From Thermoguttaceae bacterium (lineage in GTDB: Bacteria; Planctomycetota; Planctomycetia; Pirellulales; Thermoguttaceae): 64,000 nt of DNA. The notes beneath the pieces were generated by a model. It was given only the letters and a program-made list of their open reading frames with translations, made no database searches and was not told where the DNA came from. The stretch covers positions 410,168 to 474,167 of the forward strand of contig CAXXFQ010000019.1 of assembly GCA_963674475.2 (NCBI GenBank), read 5' to 3'. Made by a program: the position numbers and the translations under genes. Below, in pieces: positions 17,417 through 27,464 of the stretch (position 1 is the first letter of the stretch; the number at the start of each line of letters is the position of its first letter).

Positions 17417-19096
17417 ATGAGCGGCGAAAATTTTTCGAACTCGCAGCACCCTGAAACTTCCCAGACGCCTGAGAGCCAGACGCCCGAGAACCAGACGCCT
17501 GAAAACCAGGCGCCCGAAAACCCGTCCGCCCCAAGCCCTGCGGCGCAGACGGAGGTGACCCCGACCGATTCGCCGAGCGAAGATTCTGGCAAGTCGCGGC
17601 GGATTCTGATCGGTTCGCAGCGCGACCCGGGCGTCCCGATGCCCCGAGCCAAAAAGGATTGGACCGTTCCCGAAGAAAAAAAGGAAGAGGCTTCGGCCCC
17701 GTCCGAGGAGTCCGAGCCAAAAGATTCGGCCCCCGCACCGGAAGGAAAACCGGTCGAGGAAGTGGCCGAGGAAGCGAAGGTCGATTTGAATCCCGCGGCG
17801 CTCGAAAAGGCGCTTGAAAGGGATAAATCGAAGGGCGACGCCCCTTTGAAGCATTTTCCGCCCCCTTCGATTCGAGGCAAACTTTCGCCCGAACTGGAGG
17901 CCGAGTTGGAGGAGATGCTTTCGGGCGAGGCGATCGAGAGCCTGATGGACGTCGACGAGTCGATCACCAAGCAGGAAATGCTCGAACGCGAGGCTAAATG
18001 CAAAGCGACGGTTGTCGCGATTCAAGAAGAAGATATTTTTGTCGAACTGGGCGGTCGCGAGCAAGGGGTCGTTGCGAAAAAGAGCTTCGACGAAGTTCCT
18101 GAAATCGGTCAAAAGATCGACGTTATCGTCAACCGGTTCAATCAGGAAGACGGGATCTACGACCTGACCCTGCCCGGCATGGCGGCCGACGTGGGCGACT
18201 GGTCCGATCTTGAGGAAGGGATGACCGTCGAAGCGCGGGTCACCGGCCATAACACGGGCGGGCTGGAATGCGAAGTCAACCATATCCGCGGCTTTATCCC
18301 GATCAGCCAGATTTCGGACTACCGGGTCGAAAATATCGAACCGTTTGTCGGCGAGAAATTCGTTTGTCTCGTGACCGAGGCGAATCCGTCACGCGGCAAC
18401 TTGGTGCTCAGCCGTCGGGCGATCATCGAACGCGAAAAGGAAGCGGCTGGCAAGGAACTGTTGGCCTCATTGGAAACGGGGCAGATCCACGAAGGGGTTG
18501 TCCGGAAGTTGATGGATTTTGGCGCGTTTGTCGACCTTGGCGGCGTCGACGGGTTGTTGCACATCAGCGAACTTGGCTGGGGCCGGGTCAACCATCCTAG
18601 CGAGGTCGTTTCCGAGGGCCAGACGGTCAAGGTTATGATCAAGTCGATCGATCTTGAAACGAAACGGATCGGTCTGAGCTACCGAGAGACGCTCGAAAAC
18701 CCGTGGGACAGCATCCAAAATAAGTATCCCACCGGCGAGGTTGTCAAAGGGACGGTCGTCAAGCTGATGGAGTTTGGCGCGTTTGTCGAACTCGAGCCGG
18801 GTGTCGAAGGATTGATCCATATTTCCGAGTTGGATCACAAGCGGGTCTTTCGCGTCAGCGACGTCGTCAAGGAAGGGGAAGAGGTCGAGGTGATGGTCAA
18901 GTCGGTCGACCCCGACGCGCGCCGCATCGGCCTCTCGATGAAGGACACGTTGCCCGTTCCGACGAAGGAGAAGAAGGAAGACGAACTGCCGGACGACGAA
19001 CCGATCAAGCCGATCGAAAAGGTCGACCCGAAGACGCTCAAAGGGGGCATCGGTGGTCGAGAGTCCGAAGGGGGCAAGTTTGGTCTGAAGTGGTAA
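17417..19096 (+). CDS. rpsA: 30S ribosomal protein S1 with a low-complexity N-terminal extension
   Basis: Four S1 domains are visible, e.g. GVVRKLMDFGAFVDLGGVDGLLHISEL and GTVVKLMEFGAFVELEPGVEGLIHISEL. The N-terminal ~190 aa are Pro/Glu/Ser-rich and include (S/N)QTPE repeats. Confidence 0.88.
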   Translation: MSGENFSNSQHPETSQTPESQTPENQTPENQAPENPSAPSPAAQTEVTPTDSPSEDSGKSRRILIGSQRDPGVPMPRAKKDWTVPEEKKEEASAPSEESEPKDSAPAPEGKPVEEVAEEAKVDLNPAALEKALERDKSKGDAPLKHFPPPSIRGKLSPELEAELEEMLSGEAIESLMDVDESITKQEMLEREAKCKATVVAIQEEDIFVELGGREQGVVAKKSFDEVPEIGQKIDVIVNRFNQEDGIYDLTLPGMAADVGDWSDLEEGMTVEARVTGHNTGGLECEVNHIRGFIPISQISDYRVENIEPFVGEKFVCLVTEANPSRGNLVLSRRAIIEREKEAAGKELLASLETGQIHEGVVRKLMDFGAFVDLGGVDGLLHISELGWGRVNHPSEVVSEGQTVKVMIKSIDLETKRIGLSYRETLENPWDSIQNKYPTGEVVKGTVVKLMEFGAFVELEPGVEGLIHISELDHKRVFRVSDVVKEGEEVEVMVKSVDPDARRIGLSMKDTLPVPTKEKKEDELPDDEPIKPIEKVDPKTLKGGIGGRESEGGKFGLKW

Positions 19097-19138
19097 CGGT
19101 GGCGGGCTTTACTATCCCCTTCTTTTTGTTTTTTCATT

Positions 19139-19828
19139 TTGATGCGTGTCAACGAACTTTATAGCACCGTGCAAGGGGAAGGCCGATTGACCGGGACGCC
19201 GAGTGTCCTGGTTCGTCTCAGCGGCTGTCCGCTGCGCTGCGGCTATTGCGATACGTCCCACGCCTCGTGGGACGCCGAAGGAGAAGACCGCTCGACCGAA
19301 TCGATTGTCGAACAAGTCGAGCGGTTTCCGATCCGTCACGTCGTCCTCACTGGCGGCGAGCCGATGCTCTATGATGACCTGCCCGAGTTGACCGACGCGC
19401 TTGCCGAGCGTGGGTATCACATCACGATCGAGACGTCCGGTGTCTTGTTTCAGCCGGTTCGCTGTGATTTGATGTCGATCAGCCCGAAGTTGTCCAACTC
19501 CCGCCCCACCGGTTTGCAACCGCCGCACTGGCTTGCGCGGCACGAATCACGACGGCACCGCCCCGAGGTGATCCGGCAGTTGATCGCGGAGTACGACTAC
19601 CAGCTGAAATTCGTTATTGGCAACGAGGCCGATTGCCACGAGGTCGAGGCCTATCTGGACGAGCTGGACTTGTGTGAGTCGGACCGGGTATGGATGATGC
19701 CCGAAGGGACCGAGCTGGAGACACTGGCCGACCGGGCCCGATGGCTCGTGCCGTACTGCGACACACGGTCGTTTCACTATTGCCCGAGAAAGCATATCGA
19801 GTGGTTTGGCCAGACACGCGGGACGTAA
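19139..19828 (+). CDS. queE: 7-carboxy-7-deazaguanine synthase
   Basis: MRVNELYSTVQGEGRLTGTPSVLVRLSGCPLRCGYCDT is the QueE N-terminus with the radical SAM cluster motif. Confidence 0.85.
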   Translation: MMRVNELYSTVQGEGRLTGTPSVLVRLSGCPLRCGYCDTSHASWDAEGEDRSTESIVEQVERFPIRHVVLTGGEPMLYDDLPELTDALAERGYHITIETSGVLFQPVRCDLMSISPKLSNSRPTGLQPPHWLARHESRRHRPEVIRQLIAEYDYQLKFVIGNEADCHEVEAYLDELDLCESDRVWMMPEGTELETLADRARWLVPYCDTRSFHYCPRKHIEWFGQTRGT

Positions 19829-19882
19829 AACGTTTTTTCCCCATGGTGTACGCCCGCATTTTTACGCTCGATGAAAGTAGAT

Positions 19883-20278
19883 CTACTGGTTTCCCTTCCG
19901 CATGAGTTTTCGAAACAGCTTGCCGGTTACCGTGCCGAAAAACGAACCGACAAGTCCAAAAAGGGAAAATAGGGGTAAGGCTATAAATAGGCCCAGCAGC
20001 ATTAGTGGGTCGCCACCTTCAGGGCTTGTAGCTACACACCAAGTAAAGCCAATGATCTGGCCGAGCAAAATGCCCAGCCCCCAAAGCCAGAAGCGTCGCG
20101 GCACGGACAGGCCGATTGCTAGACCACCAAAAAACAAGAGCCCTTGGTAGGTCCGTCCTGGAGAATCCCAGGGCTCTTGGTGGCCCGTGACCAACGGCGA
20201 TGCAATCCAAAGGAATGCTCCGAAGAAAAGAGAGCATCCGAATGCAACCCACTCCTTGTTCTTGGGGGTAAGGCTCAT
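19883..20278 (-). CDS. Small integral membrane protein, hypothetical
   Basis: 131-aa ORF with about four hydrophobic segments. No motif recognised. Confidence 0.5.
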   Translation of the reverse strand: MSLTPKNKEWVAFGCSLFFGAFLWIASPLVTGHQEPWDSPGRTYQGLLFFGGLAIGLSVPRRFWLWGLGILLGQIIGFTWCVATSPEGGDPLMLLGLFIALPLFSLFGLVGSFFGTVTGKLFRKLMRKGNQ

Positions 20279-20336
20279 TTTTTTTCGCCGATTCGAGTTT
20301 GATTGTCTGGCGTTTTATCGTCTCTGGGGCTTTTGT

Positions 20337-21143
20337 CTACTTTTGGACGGGGACCGGTCGGTCCATGGCCCAGAAGATCCCGTTGATCAGAAGTTTTTCA
20401 AACGGGGCCTGATCGAAGTCGTCCGGATAGCCCAGTGAGGTATAAAAGACCCGGCTGCCGTGGTAGTCGCGGGTCCAGGCGATCGGTTCGACCTTGTCGT
20501 CGAACGAACCGGTCAAAAGGATGGTCGCGTTTGAGTCGAGCATCGGGGCGACCAGGTACGTGTTGCCGTTGCTGTGCCACTTCTGCGGCACGATTCCCTT
20601 GAGGATCGGGTTCTTGCTTTGCTCGGGGACGATGGCGACGTTGGTCCCCTTGTCGGCCGGGCCGTAGCCGCGATTCTTGCAGCCGAGCACTTCGGGGACG
20701 AACTCCCACCATTTTTCGAATCCCTTGGCCACGTCGCCGTGTACCGAGAAGGCGTGGTTGGCCGTTCGGATGCCGACCAGCGGTTTGCCCGCCTTCAAAT
20801 AGTCGCGGATCAGACCGAGTTGTTCGGTACTCAAGGCACGGCGGCGGAAGAAGATGACCAGCAGATCGGCGTCTTCGAGCGTTTCCAGCCCCGGGAAGCG
20901 AAACTCGCCGGGTTGTCCTTCTCCTTGGATGACCTCGCATTGGCAGCCGTAGCGGTCGGCGAGCATTTTGGCGAAAACCGGGATCGTCCGGGTCGCTTCG
21001 TAGTTGTTGGGATCTTCACTGACGAGGAAGACGATTTTCGGGGATGGCGTTTTGGGCGTTTCGGCGGCTTCGGTGGTTGGGATTGCCATGCCGAAAAAAA
21101 AGGCGAACAAGAGGAGCAGGCTGACGGCGTGGAGTTTTTTCAT
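20337..21143 (-). CDS. ThuA-domain protein, secreted
   Basis: Start taken at MKKLHAVSLLLLFAFFFGMAIPTTEAAE (signal peptide). The ThuA-like C-terminus reads GSRVFYTSLGYPDDFDQAPFEKLLINGIFWA. The ORF extends upstream to 21221. Confidence 0.75.
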   Translation of the reverse strand: MKKLHAVSLLLLFAFFFGMAIPTTEAAETPKTPSPKIVFLVSEDPNNYEATRTIPVFAKMLADRYGCQCEVIQGEGQPGEFRFPGLETLEDADLLVIFFRRRALSTEQLGLIRDYLKAGKPLVGIRTANHAFSVHGDVAKGFEKWWEFVPEVLGCKNRGYGPADKGTNVAIVPEQSKNPILKGIVPQKWHSNGNTYLVAPMLDSNATILLTGSFDDKVEPIAWTRDYHGSRVFYTSLGYPDDFDQAPFEKLLINGIFWAMDRPVPVQK

Positions 21144-21674
21144 GGCGGTTGGGGTTCCTGAACCAAAAAGTTTTAGCAATAGGGCGTGTGAAGTGACACA
21201 CGGTTTGGGGATATTTATCATAACAAACCTTGGCGGTTTGGTTCAATCTACAAAAGCTTTTGAGTTTGGACGTTTTTCGTAAGAGATGGCGAATTTAGGG
21301 GGGTTATTCCATTTAAAAAACAGGTTCCGGATTGGCAAAATGTAATGGTGGGTTAAAAATAGTCGGTTCTTGAGAGGGGGAGCAGCTCAGGTTGCCGGGA
21401 GGGATTCTTGTCTAAACCTTCTGTTTTATGCGGGTTTTTCCGGAAAGCGTGACGATGAGAACGGGCATTGCGTGTGGAAAGAAGGTTGAAAGGCCTCTCG
21501 GTTCTTCTGCAAATGGGGGGGTGTTCGAGAATTCCGGTCCCCCCCGATTCACGTGGTACCCGTTTTGGGACTATAATAGCCCGTTTCACCCGGTTTGCCG
21601 CTTTTATTTAGTTTTGCCATCTGAGGCAGTTGACTCGTCCTGAAGCAGCCCCGCGAAGATCGATGACAGACGAG

Positions 21675-21754
21675 GATCTGGAAAAGGTCTTATGATCTTG
21701 AAGAAAAAGGTCTCATGATCTGAAAAAGGGCTTCGTGATTAAAAATGGTCCTAT
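21675..21754 (+). repeat. Four imperfect tandem repeats (18-23 nt) of GATCTGAAAAAGGTCTyAT at the tyrA start
   Basis: The units are gatctggaaaaggtcttat, gatcttgaagaaaaaggtctcat, gatctgaaaaagggcttcgt and gattaaaaatggtcctat. Each junction creates (A/G)TGAT preceded by AAAGG. Confidence 0.8.
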
Positions 21755-22613
21755 GAAAAGTTTTGACACGGTTGCGATTGTCGGCGTCGGATTGATCGGG
21801 GGATCGATCGGGCTGGCGTTGCGCGAGCGGGGGCTTGCCAAAAACGTCGTCGGGATCGGACGGACTCAGGCTACGTTGCGGACGGCCCGACGGCTTGGCG
21901 CGGTGACTCAAACGACGGTCGATCTGCCCAAGGGGGTCAAAGAAGCCGAGTTGGTCGTGCTCTGTACGCCAGTCGGGCGGATTGTCGAACAGGTTCGTCA
22001 AATTGCCCGGCATGCGCCGGAAGGGACCCTTATCACCGATGCGGGAAGTACGAAACTTTCGATTGTCGAGGCGCTCGATGGGCCTTTGGATCGGGGATGT
22101 CGTTTTTTGGGGTCGCATCCGATGGCCGGTGGCGAGACGGTCGGGCCGACCGGGGCGACGGCCGATCTGTTCGTCGGAAAAGTGGTCGTCATGACCCCGA
22201 CGCCCAGCACCCAGGCCCAGGATTTCGACCGGATCGAGCAGTTTTGGTCCGATCTCGGCGCGGTGGTCGTCCAGATGACGGCCGAGCAACACGACCGGGC
22301 GGTCGGGCTGACCAGTCATTTGCCGCACGCGGTGGCGGTCGCCTTGGCGGCGAGTGTGCCGGAGGAGTATTTCCGTCTGGTTGGCACCGGGATGCGGGGT
22401 ACTTCGCGTCTGGCTTCCGGCGGGCCGGAAATATGGACCGATATTTTTTTGGAAAATCAGGAAAACGTCTTGGCCGCGATGGAACAGTTCGGCGTGCAGT
22501 TGACCCGTTTGGTCGCGGCGATTCGACGTAAGGACGGCGCGGCCCTTTTGGAGATTTTGACCGAGGCGAAAGCACGTCGAGACGCGTTCGCCTCCCGTTC
22601 GTCCGATCGGTAA
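21753..22613 (+). CDS. tyrA: Prephenate/arogenate dehydrogenase
   Basis: VAIVGVGLIGGSIGLAL (Rossmann) and FLGSHPMAG motifs. The ORF opens at GTG 21735 and the first ATG is at 21753. Confidence 0.82.
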   Translation: MKSFDTVAIVGVGLIGGSIGLALRERGLAKNVVGIGRTQATLRTARRLGAVTQTTVDLPKGVKEAELVVLCTPVGRIVEQVRQIARHAPEGTLITDAGSTKLSIVEALDGPLDRGCRFLGSHPMAGGETVGPTGATADLFVGKVVVMTPTPSTQAQDFDRIEQFWSDLGAVVVQMTAEQHDRAVGLTSHLPHAVAVALAASVPEEYFRLVGTGMRGTSRLASGGPEIWTDIFLENQENVLAAMEQFGVQLTRLVAAIRRKDGAALLEILTEAKARRDAFASRSSDR

Positions 22614-22685
22614 CCAACACGGCGCGCGACCAGCGCGTCGGCGATTGAAAATATTCAGTGGGATTGTCAGAGAAGAAGGATCCAC

Positions 22686-25628
22686 ATGCTTTGGGAAGTT
22701 GATATTTATCCGGCGTCCGGGTTGCCGAACCTGCTGGCCGAGGGAGTCGTTTCCGAGTCGGCCGACTTAGGACTGAAGTTGTCGATGGCCGTGGACGCGG
22801 CCCGCGGTTACTTGGTCCAAGGGGATTTGAGCCGTGAGCAGATCGAGCGGATCGCCGCCGAGTTGTTGTTCGACCCGGTGGTCGAGCGGACGATCATCGC
22901 GCCGGTGGGAGACGCCGCGTTGAACGAGGCTCCGGCCAGTCTTGCCGGGTCGGGCGCGGTCCGTTTGGCCCATGTCTTGCCGAAGCCGGGGGTGACCGAC
23001 ACGGTGGCCGAAAGCGCGCGTCAGGCGATCGCCGACTTCGAAATCGAGGCCGACGCGATTCGGACGTTCAAAAAATATTGGATCGCCGGCGTCGACGAGG
23101 ACCAGTTGGCCGCACTCGGGTCGAAATTGCTGGCCAATGACGCGATCGAGCAGATCATTGTCGGGCCGCTCTTGTTCGACAAGCTCGAGGTGGGCGGCGA
23201 TTACCAGTTCGAACTGGTTACCGTCGGTATTCGTGAGTTGGACGACGAATCGCTTGGCCGTTTGAGCCTCAAAGGGCAGCTTTATCTTTCGCTGACCGAG
23301 ATGCAGACGATCCAAAATTATTTCCGCGAGTTGGGCCGCGACCCGACCGACATCGAGCTGGAAACGGTCGCCCAGACGTGGAGTGAGCATTGCAGTCACA
23401 AGACGCTTGCCGGGCGGATTCATTATCGGGACGAGTCGCGCGAGATCCGTTTCGAAAACATGCTCAAGGAGACAATCTTCGCCGCGACGCAAGAGATTCG
23501 TCGTGGGTGGGAAGACGACTGGTGCGTGAGCGTTTTTGAGGACAACGCGGGGGTCGTTCGGTTCGACGAGAAGTACAACATTTGCTTCAAAGTCGAGACG
23601 CACAATCACCCGTCGGCTCTGGAGCCTTATGGCGGGGCGAACACGGGGATCGGCGGCGTGATCCGCGACCCGATGGGAACCGGCATGGGCGCGCGACCGG
23701 TTTGTAATACCGACGTCTTTTGTTTCGCCCCGCCGGAGACCGCGCCGGAAGAAATTCCGCAAGGGATTCTTCATCCACGACGGGTGATGCGCGGCGTCGT
23801 GCAGGGCGTCCGCGATTACGGAAACCGGATGGGCATCCCGACAATCAACGGGGCCGTCTATTTCGATCCGCGCTATCTGGGTAACCCGTTGGTTTATTGT
23901 GGCGATATCGGGTTGCTCGAGCGGGACCAGTCGTTCAAGGAGCCCAAGGCGGGCGACATGATTGTCGCGATGGGCGGACGGACCGGGCGCGACGGGATTC
24001 ACGGCGCGACGTTCTCTTCGGCCGAGTTGACCCACGAGAGCGAAGAGCTTTCCGGCGGTTCGGTGCAGATCGGAAACGCGATCACCGAAAAGATCGTGCT
24101 CGATATCATGATGGTCGCCCAGGAGCGGAAGCTTTACAGCGCCGTGACCGACTGCGGTGCCGGTGGTTTTTCCAGTGCGGTCGGCGAGATGGGCGAGAAG
24201 ATCGGCGCCGAGGTCTGGTTGGAAAAGGCCCCGCTGAAATATTCCGGCCTCTCGTACACCGAGATCTGGATCTCCGAGGCGCAGGAGCGGATGGTCTTTT
24301 CGGTTCCGCCGGAAAAGGTGGACGAGCTTCTCGCGCTTTGCGAGTCCGAAGGGGTCGAATCGGTCGTGATCGGCAAGTTTGTCCCGACCGGACGGCTCGA
24401 ACTGAAATACGATGGGCACACCGTTGGCGATCTCGAGATGGCTTTCATGCACGACGGTCGTCCGCCGGTGGTTCGCGACGCGGTCTTTACGCCCGAGCCG
24501 GTCGAGCCGATTGCCTCGGACGCCTTGTCCGAAGTTGATCCGGCCGACGCGCTGAAAAAGATTCTCGGTTCGTACAATGTCGCCAGCAAGCATTGGATTA
24601 TCCGCCAGTACGACCACGAGGTCCAAGGCGGCAGCGTGGTCAAGCCGCTGGTCGGGGTGAAAAACGACGGACCGGGCGACGCGAGTGTCTTCCGGCCGGT
24701 TCTTACCAGCAACCGGGGCGTGGTCGTCTCGTGCGGCATGAACCCGCATTATGGCGATCTGGATACCTATCATATGGCGGCCAGTGCGATCGACGAGGCG
24801 GTTCGTAACTGCGTGGCGGTCGGGGCTGATCCGTCGCAGATCGCGATCCTCGACAACTTCTGTTGGGGCAACACCGACCGGGCCGAAACGCTCGGGTCGT
24901 TGGTCCGCGCGTCGCTGGCCTGCTACGACGTGTCGACCGTGTTGGAGACGCCGTTTGTCAGTGGCAAGGACAGCTTGAACAACGAATTTCGACCGGAAGG
25001 GGCCGACGAGCCGATCTCGATTCCGCCGTCGCTGTTGATCAGTGCGATGGGGCAGGTCGACGACGTCGAAAAATGCGTCACGATGGACCTCAAAGCGGCC
25101 GGGAACCTGATTTATCAGGTTGGCCTGACCCGCGACGAGATGGGCGGTTCGCACTTGGCGCTGGTTAGCTCCTTGACCGGCGGGCAGGTGCCGCAGGTCG
25201 ATCCGCACCGGGCGAAGGCGACGTTTGCGGCGATGCACCAGGCGATCGACGCCGGGCTGGTCCGATCGTGTCACGACCTAAGCGAAGGCGGCTTGGCGGT
25301 CGCGGCGGCCGAGATGGGATTTGCCGGTGAGGTCGGACTTCGTGTCGAACTTGACGCGGTGCCAAATGATCTCGATGCTACGACTCCTGCGGACGCGGCC
25401 GATCTGGTTTTGCTTTATTCCGAGTCGAACACCCGGTTCCTTTGCGAAGTTACGCCGGAGAAGGCCGAGGCGTTCGAGCAGGCGATGGGCGACTTGCCTT
25501 GTCGACGGATTGGCCAGACGATTGACGAGCCGGTGTTGGAGGTCCTCGGTAGCAAGGATCGTGGCCAACAGCTTCGCGTCGACCTCGCGTCGCTCAAGGC
25601 GGCCTGGCAAGCGCCTCTTGCGTGGTAA
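22686..25628 (+). CDS. purL: Phosphoribosylformylglycinamidine synthase subunit PurL with an N-terminal PurS-like extension
   Basis: [32 protein letters not shown] and AIT.[33 protein letters not shown] PurL blocks. It has 980 aa, against about 740 for a stand-alone PurL. The first ~190 aa look like PurS-type modules. Confidence 0.9.
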   Translation: MLWEVDIYPASGLPNLLAEGVVSESADLGLKLSMAVDAARGYLVQGDLSREQIERIAAELLFDPVVERTIIAPVGDAALNEAPASLAGSGAVRLAHVLPKPGVTDTVAESARQAIADFEIEADAIRTFKKYWIAGVDEDQLAALGSKLLANDAIEQIIVGPLLFDKLEVGGDYQFELVTVGIRELDDESLGRLSLKGQLYLSLTEMQTIQNYFRELGRDPTDIELETVAQTWSEHCSHKTLAGRIHYRDESREIRFENMLKETIFAATQEIRRGWEDDWCVSVFEDNAGVVRFDEKYNICFKVETHNHPSALEPYGGANTGIGGVIRDPMGTGMGARPVCNTDVFCFAPPETAPEEIPQGILHPRRVMRGVVQGVRDYGNRMGIPTINGAVYFDPRYLGNPLVYCGDIGLLERDQSFKEPKAGDMIVAMGGRTGRDGIHGATFSSAELTHESEELSGGSVQIGNAITEKIVLDIMMVAQERKLYSAVTDCGAGGFSSAVGEMGEKIGAEVWLEKAPLKYSGLSYTEIWISEAQERMVFSVPPEKVDELLALCESEGVESVVIGKFVPTGRLELKYDGHTVGDLEMAFMHDGRPPVVRDAVFTPEPVEPIASDALSEVDPADALKKILGSYNVASKHWIIRQYDHEVQGGSVVKPLVGVKNDGPGDASVFRPVLTSNRGVVVSCGMNPHYGDLDTYHMAASAIDEAVRNCVAVGADPSQIAILDNFCWGNTDRAETLGSLVRASLACYDVSTVLETPFVSGKDSLNNEFRPEGADEPISIPPSLLISAMGQVDDVEKCVTMDLKAAGNLIYQVGLTRDEMGGSHLALVSSLTGGQVPQVDPHRAKATFAAMHQAIDAGLVRSCHDLSEGGLAVAAAEMGFAGEVGLRVELDAVPNDLDATTPADAADLVLLYSESNTRFLCEVTPEKAEAFEQAMGDLPCRRIGQTIDEPVLEVLGSKDRGQQLRVDLASLKAAWQAPLAW

Positions 25629-25638
25629 GCGGCTAGGA

Positions 25639-25697
25639 GCCGCGGCCGGACCGGCGTTTCCACGCCGTTGTGTTAACCCGTTCCCGTTGGTCACTGG
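25639..25697 (+). repeat. Left-half copy (C) of the composite palindromic repeat
   Basis: GCCGCGGCCGGACCGGCGTTTCCACGCCGTTGTGTTAACCCGTTCCCGTTGGTCACTGG aligns with 13312-13370 of copy A. It lacks the 3' arm and starts about 10 nt after the purL stop. Confidence 0.8.
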
Positions 25698-25804
25698 TGT
25701 TTTTCGAAGAGACTGACCGGAGGTCGATTAAAATAGTGGGCGACTGTTTTTTGCTGTTTTATATAAAAAAATTCTTCAATCCAACAAAATAATAGAATCA
25801 GACG

Positions 25805-26602
25805 ATGGCACAACCGAATGTCTTGATCCTTCGCGCTCCCGGTACCAATTGCGATCGGGAAACGGCGTTCGCCTTCGAGCGAGCCGGAGCGAAAACCGAA
25901 CGTTTGCATATCAACCGACTCCTCGAAAACCCGGCGCGGTTCGACGAGTTCGAGATCCTTTGCCTCCCCGGCGGGTTTAGCTACGGCGACGACGTGGCCG
26001 CCGGACGCATCTTGGCCAATCAGATCGAACATCACTTGGCCGAGGCTTTGAATCGGTTCAAGGAGGCGGGCAAGCTGATCTTGGGGATCTGTAACGGGTT
26101 TCAGATCTTGATCAAGTCGGGCGTGCTGTTCGACGTTGACGCTGAAGCGGGTCGTCCGGCGACGTTGACCTGGAACGATTCGGGCCAGTTCGAAGACTGT
26201 TGGACCGAACTGGTGGTCGACGGAACGAAGTCGGTTTTCTTCAAAGATGTCAAGCGGATGTATCTGCCGGTGGCCCACGCCGAAGGGAAATTTGTCACGC
26301 GCGACGTCGAGACGTTTTCCCAGTTGGAAGCGGCCGGACAGTTGGTCCTCCGTTACGGGCCGTTGTCCGAAGAGACCAAGCCGGACGCGACGACCGGGAT
26401 TCTGCCCTATCCGGACAACCCTAACGGGGCGTGGGGGAACGTGGCCGGGGCGTGTGACGCGACCGGTCGGGTTTTGGGACTCATGCCACACCCGGAACGG
26501 CACATCGAGCGGACCCACCACCCGCGCTGGACCCGTTTGGAGACGAAAGAGACCGGCGACGGTTTTGCGATTTTCCGGAATGCGGTCGACTATTTCGCTT
26601 AA
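25805..26602 (+). CDS. purQ: Phosphoribosylformylglycinamidine synthase glutaminase subunit
   Basis: Class-I amidotransferase: LCLPGGFSYGDD, nucleophile elbow ILGICNGFQIL, and MPHPER. Confidence 0.9.
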   Translation: MAQPNVLILRAPGTNCDRETAFAFERAGAKTERLHINRLLENPARFDEFEILCLPGGFSYGDDVAAGRILANQIEHHLAEALNRFKEAGKLILGICNGFQILIKSGVLFDVDAEAGRPATLTWNDSGQFEDCWTELVVDGTKSVFFKDVKRMYLPVAHAEGKFVTRDVETFSQLEAAGQLVLRYGPLSEETKPDATTGILPYPDNPNGAWGNVAGACDATGRVLGLMPHPERHIERTHHPRWTRLETKETGDGFAIFRNAVDYFA

Positions 26603-26676
26603 GCGATTTTGGTAAAGCGGCTTAGTTAAAGTGGCTGTGCTTTATCGATAAGGAAAGTTCGGCTGGAGAATTTCTC

Positions 26677-27435
26677 ATGGGCGGGAAGTCGCTCCCTCGG
26701 ATTGGCTATCTTGGCGGATTGGTTCTGTTTGGGTTGCTTTTGGGCACGCTGCTGCTTTTGGGTATCGTCTCGTGCGGTCGGGAATACGACAGCGGGATCG
26801 ATTGGCCCGAGCCGCCGCGGGTGACGCCGGGGGAAAATGGCGTGCCGCCGTCGGACGCGGTAGTTCTGTTCGACGGGACCGACCTGTCCGCGTTCACCGG
26901 CCCGATCGACCGTTGGACGGTGCGAGACGGTTACGCTGAAGCGGCCGAAGGGTCGATCTGGACGAAACGCTCGTTTGGCAGTTGCCAGTTTCATATCGAG
27001 TTTCAGATTCCCCTCGAAGAAGACGGGCCCTGGAGCGATCGGGGCAACAGCGGCATCTTTTTTATGGGCCACTACGAGCTTCAGATCTTCGAGTCGTATG
27101 GGACCAAAAATAAACCAGACGGGATGGCCGGTTCGATCTATCGACAGCGTCCGCCGTTGGTCAACGCGTGCCGACCACCGGGACGTTGGCAATCGTTCGA
27201 CGTGGTGTTTACCGCGCCGGAATTTGACGAAAAAGGACAACTCGTTCGACCGGCCGAGATCACGGCATTTCAGAACGGCGTCTTGATCTTAAATCGTTTT
27301 AAAATCGAAGGAAAAACGTCTTTTCGCGAAGCGCCGCGTTACGAACCGCACAAACGGAAACGGCCTTTGAAAATTCAAGAACACGGCAGCGCAATCCGAT
27401 TCCGTAATATCTGGATTCGCCAGCTGGAGAAGTGA
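26677..27435 (+). CDS. DUF1080 (3-keto-disaccharide hydrolase-like) domain protein
   Basis: N-terminal TM/signal segment. GNSGIFFMGHYELQIFESYG, W.SFDVVFTAP.FD and the C-terminal IRFRNIWIRQL are typical of DUF1080. Confidence 0.8.
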   Translation: MGGKSLPRIGYLGGLVLFGLLLGTLLLLGIVSCGREYDSGIDWPEPPRVTPGENGVPPSDAVVLFDGTDLSAFTGPIDRWTVRDGYAEAAEGSIWTKRSFGSCQFHIEFQIPLEEDGPWSDRGNSGIFFMGHYELQIFESYGTKNKPDGMAGSIYRQRPPLVNACRPPGRWQSFDVVFTAPEFDEKGQLVRPAEITAFQNGVLILNRFKIEGKTSFREAPRYEPHKRKRPLKIQEHGSAIRFRNIWIRQLEK

Positions 27436-27464
27436 TTCTCCGGTTAAGAAAAAGGATACAAGAG

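Noticed and set aside
22767-25274. 835-aa ORF on the minus strand
   Set aside because: It lies entirely antisense to purL, which has unambiguous family motifs. The composition is Arg/Pro/Gly/His-rich with no motifs, typical of a shadow ORF in GC-rich DNA.
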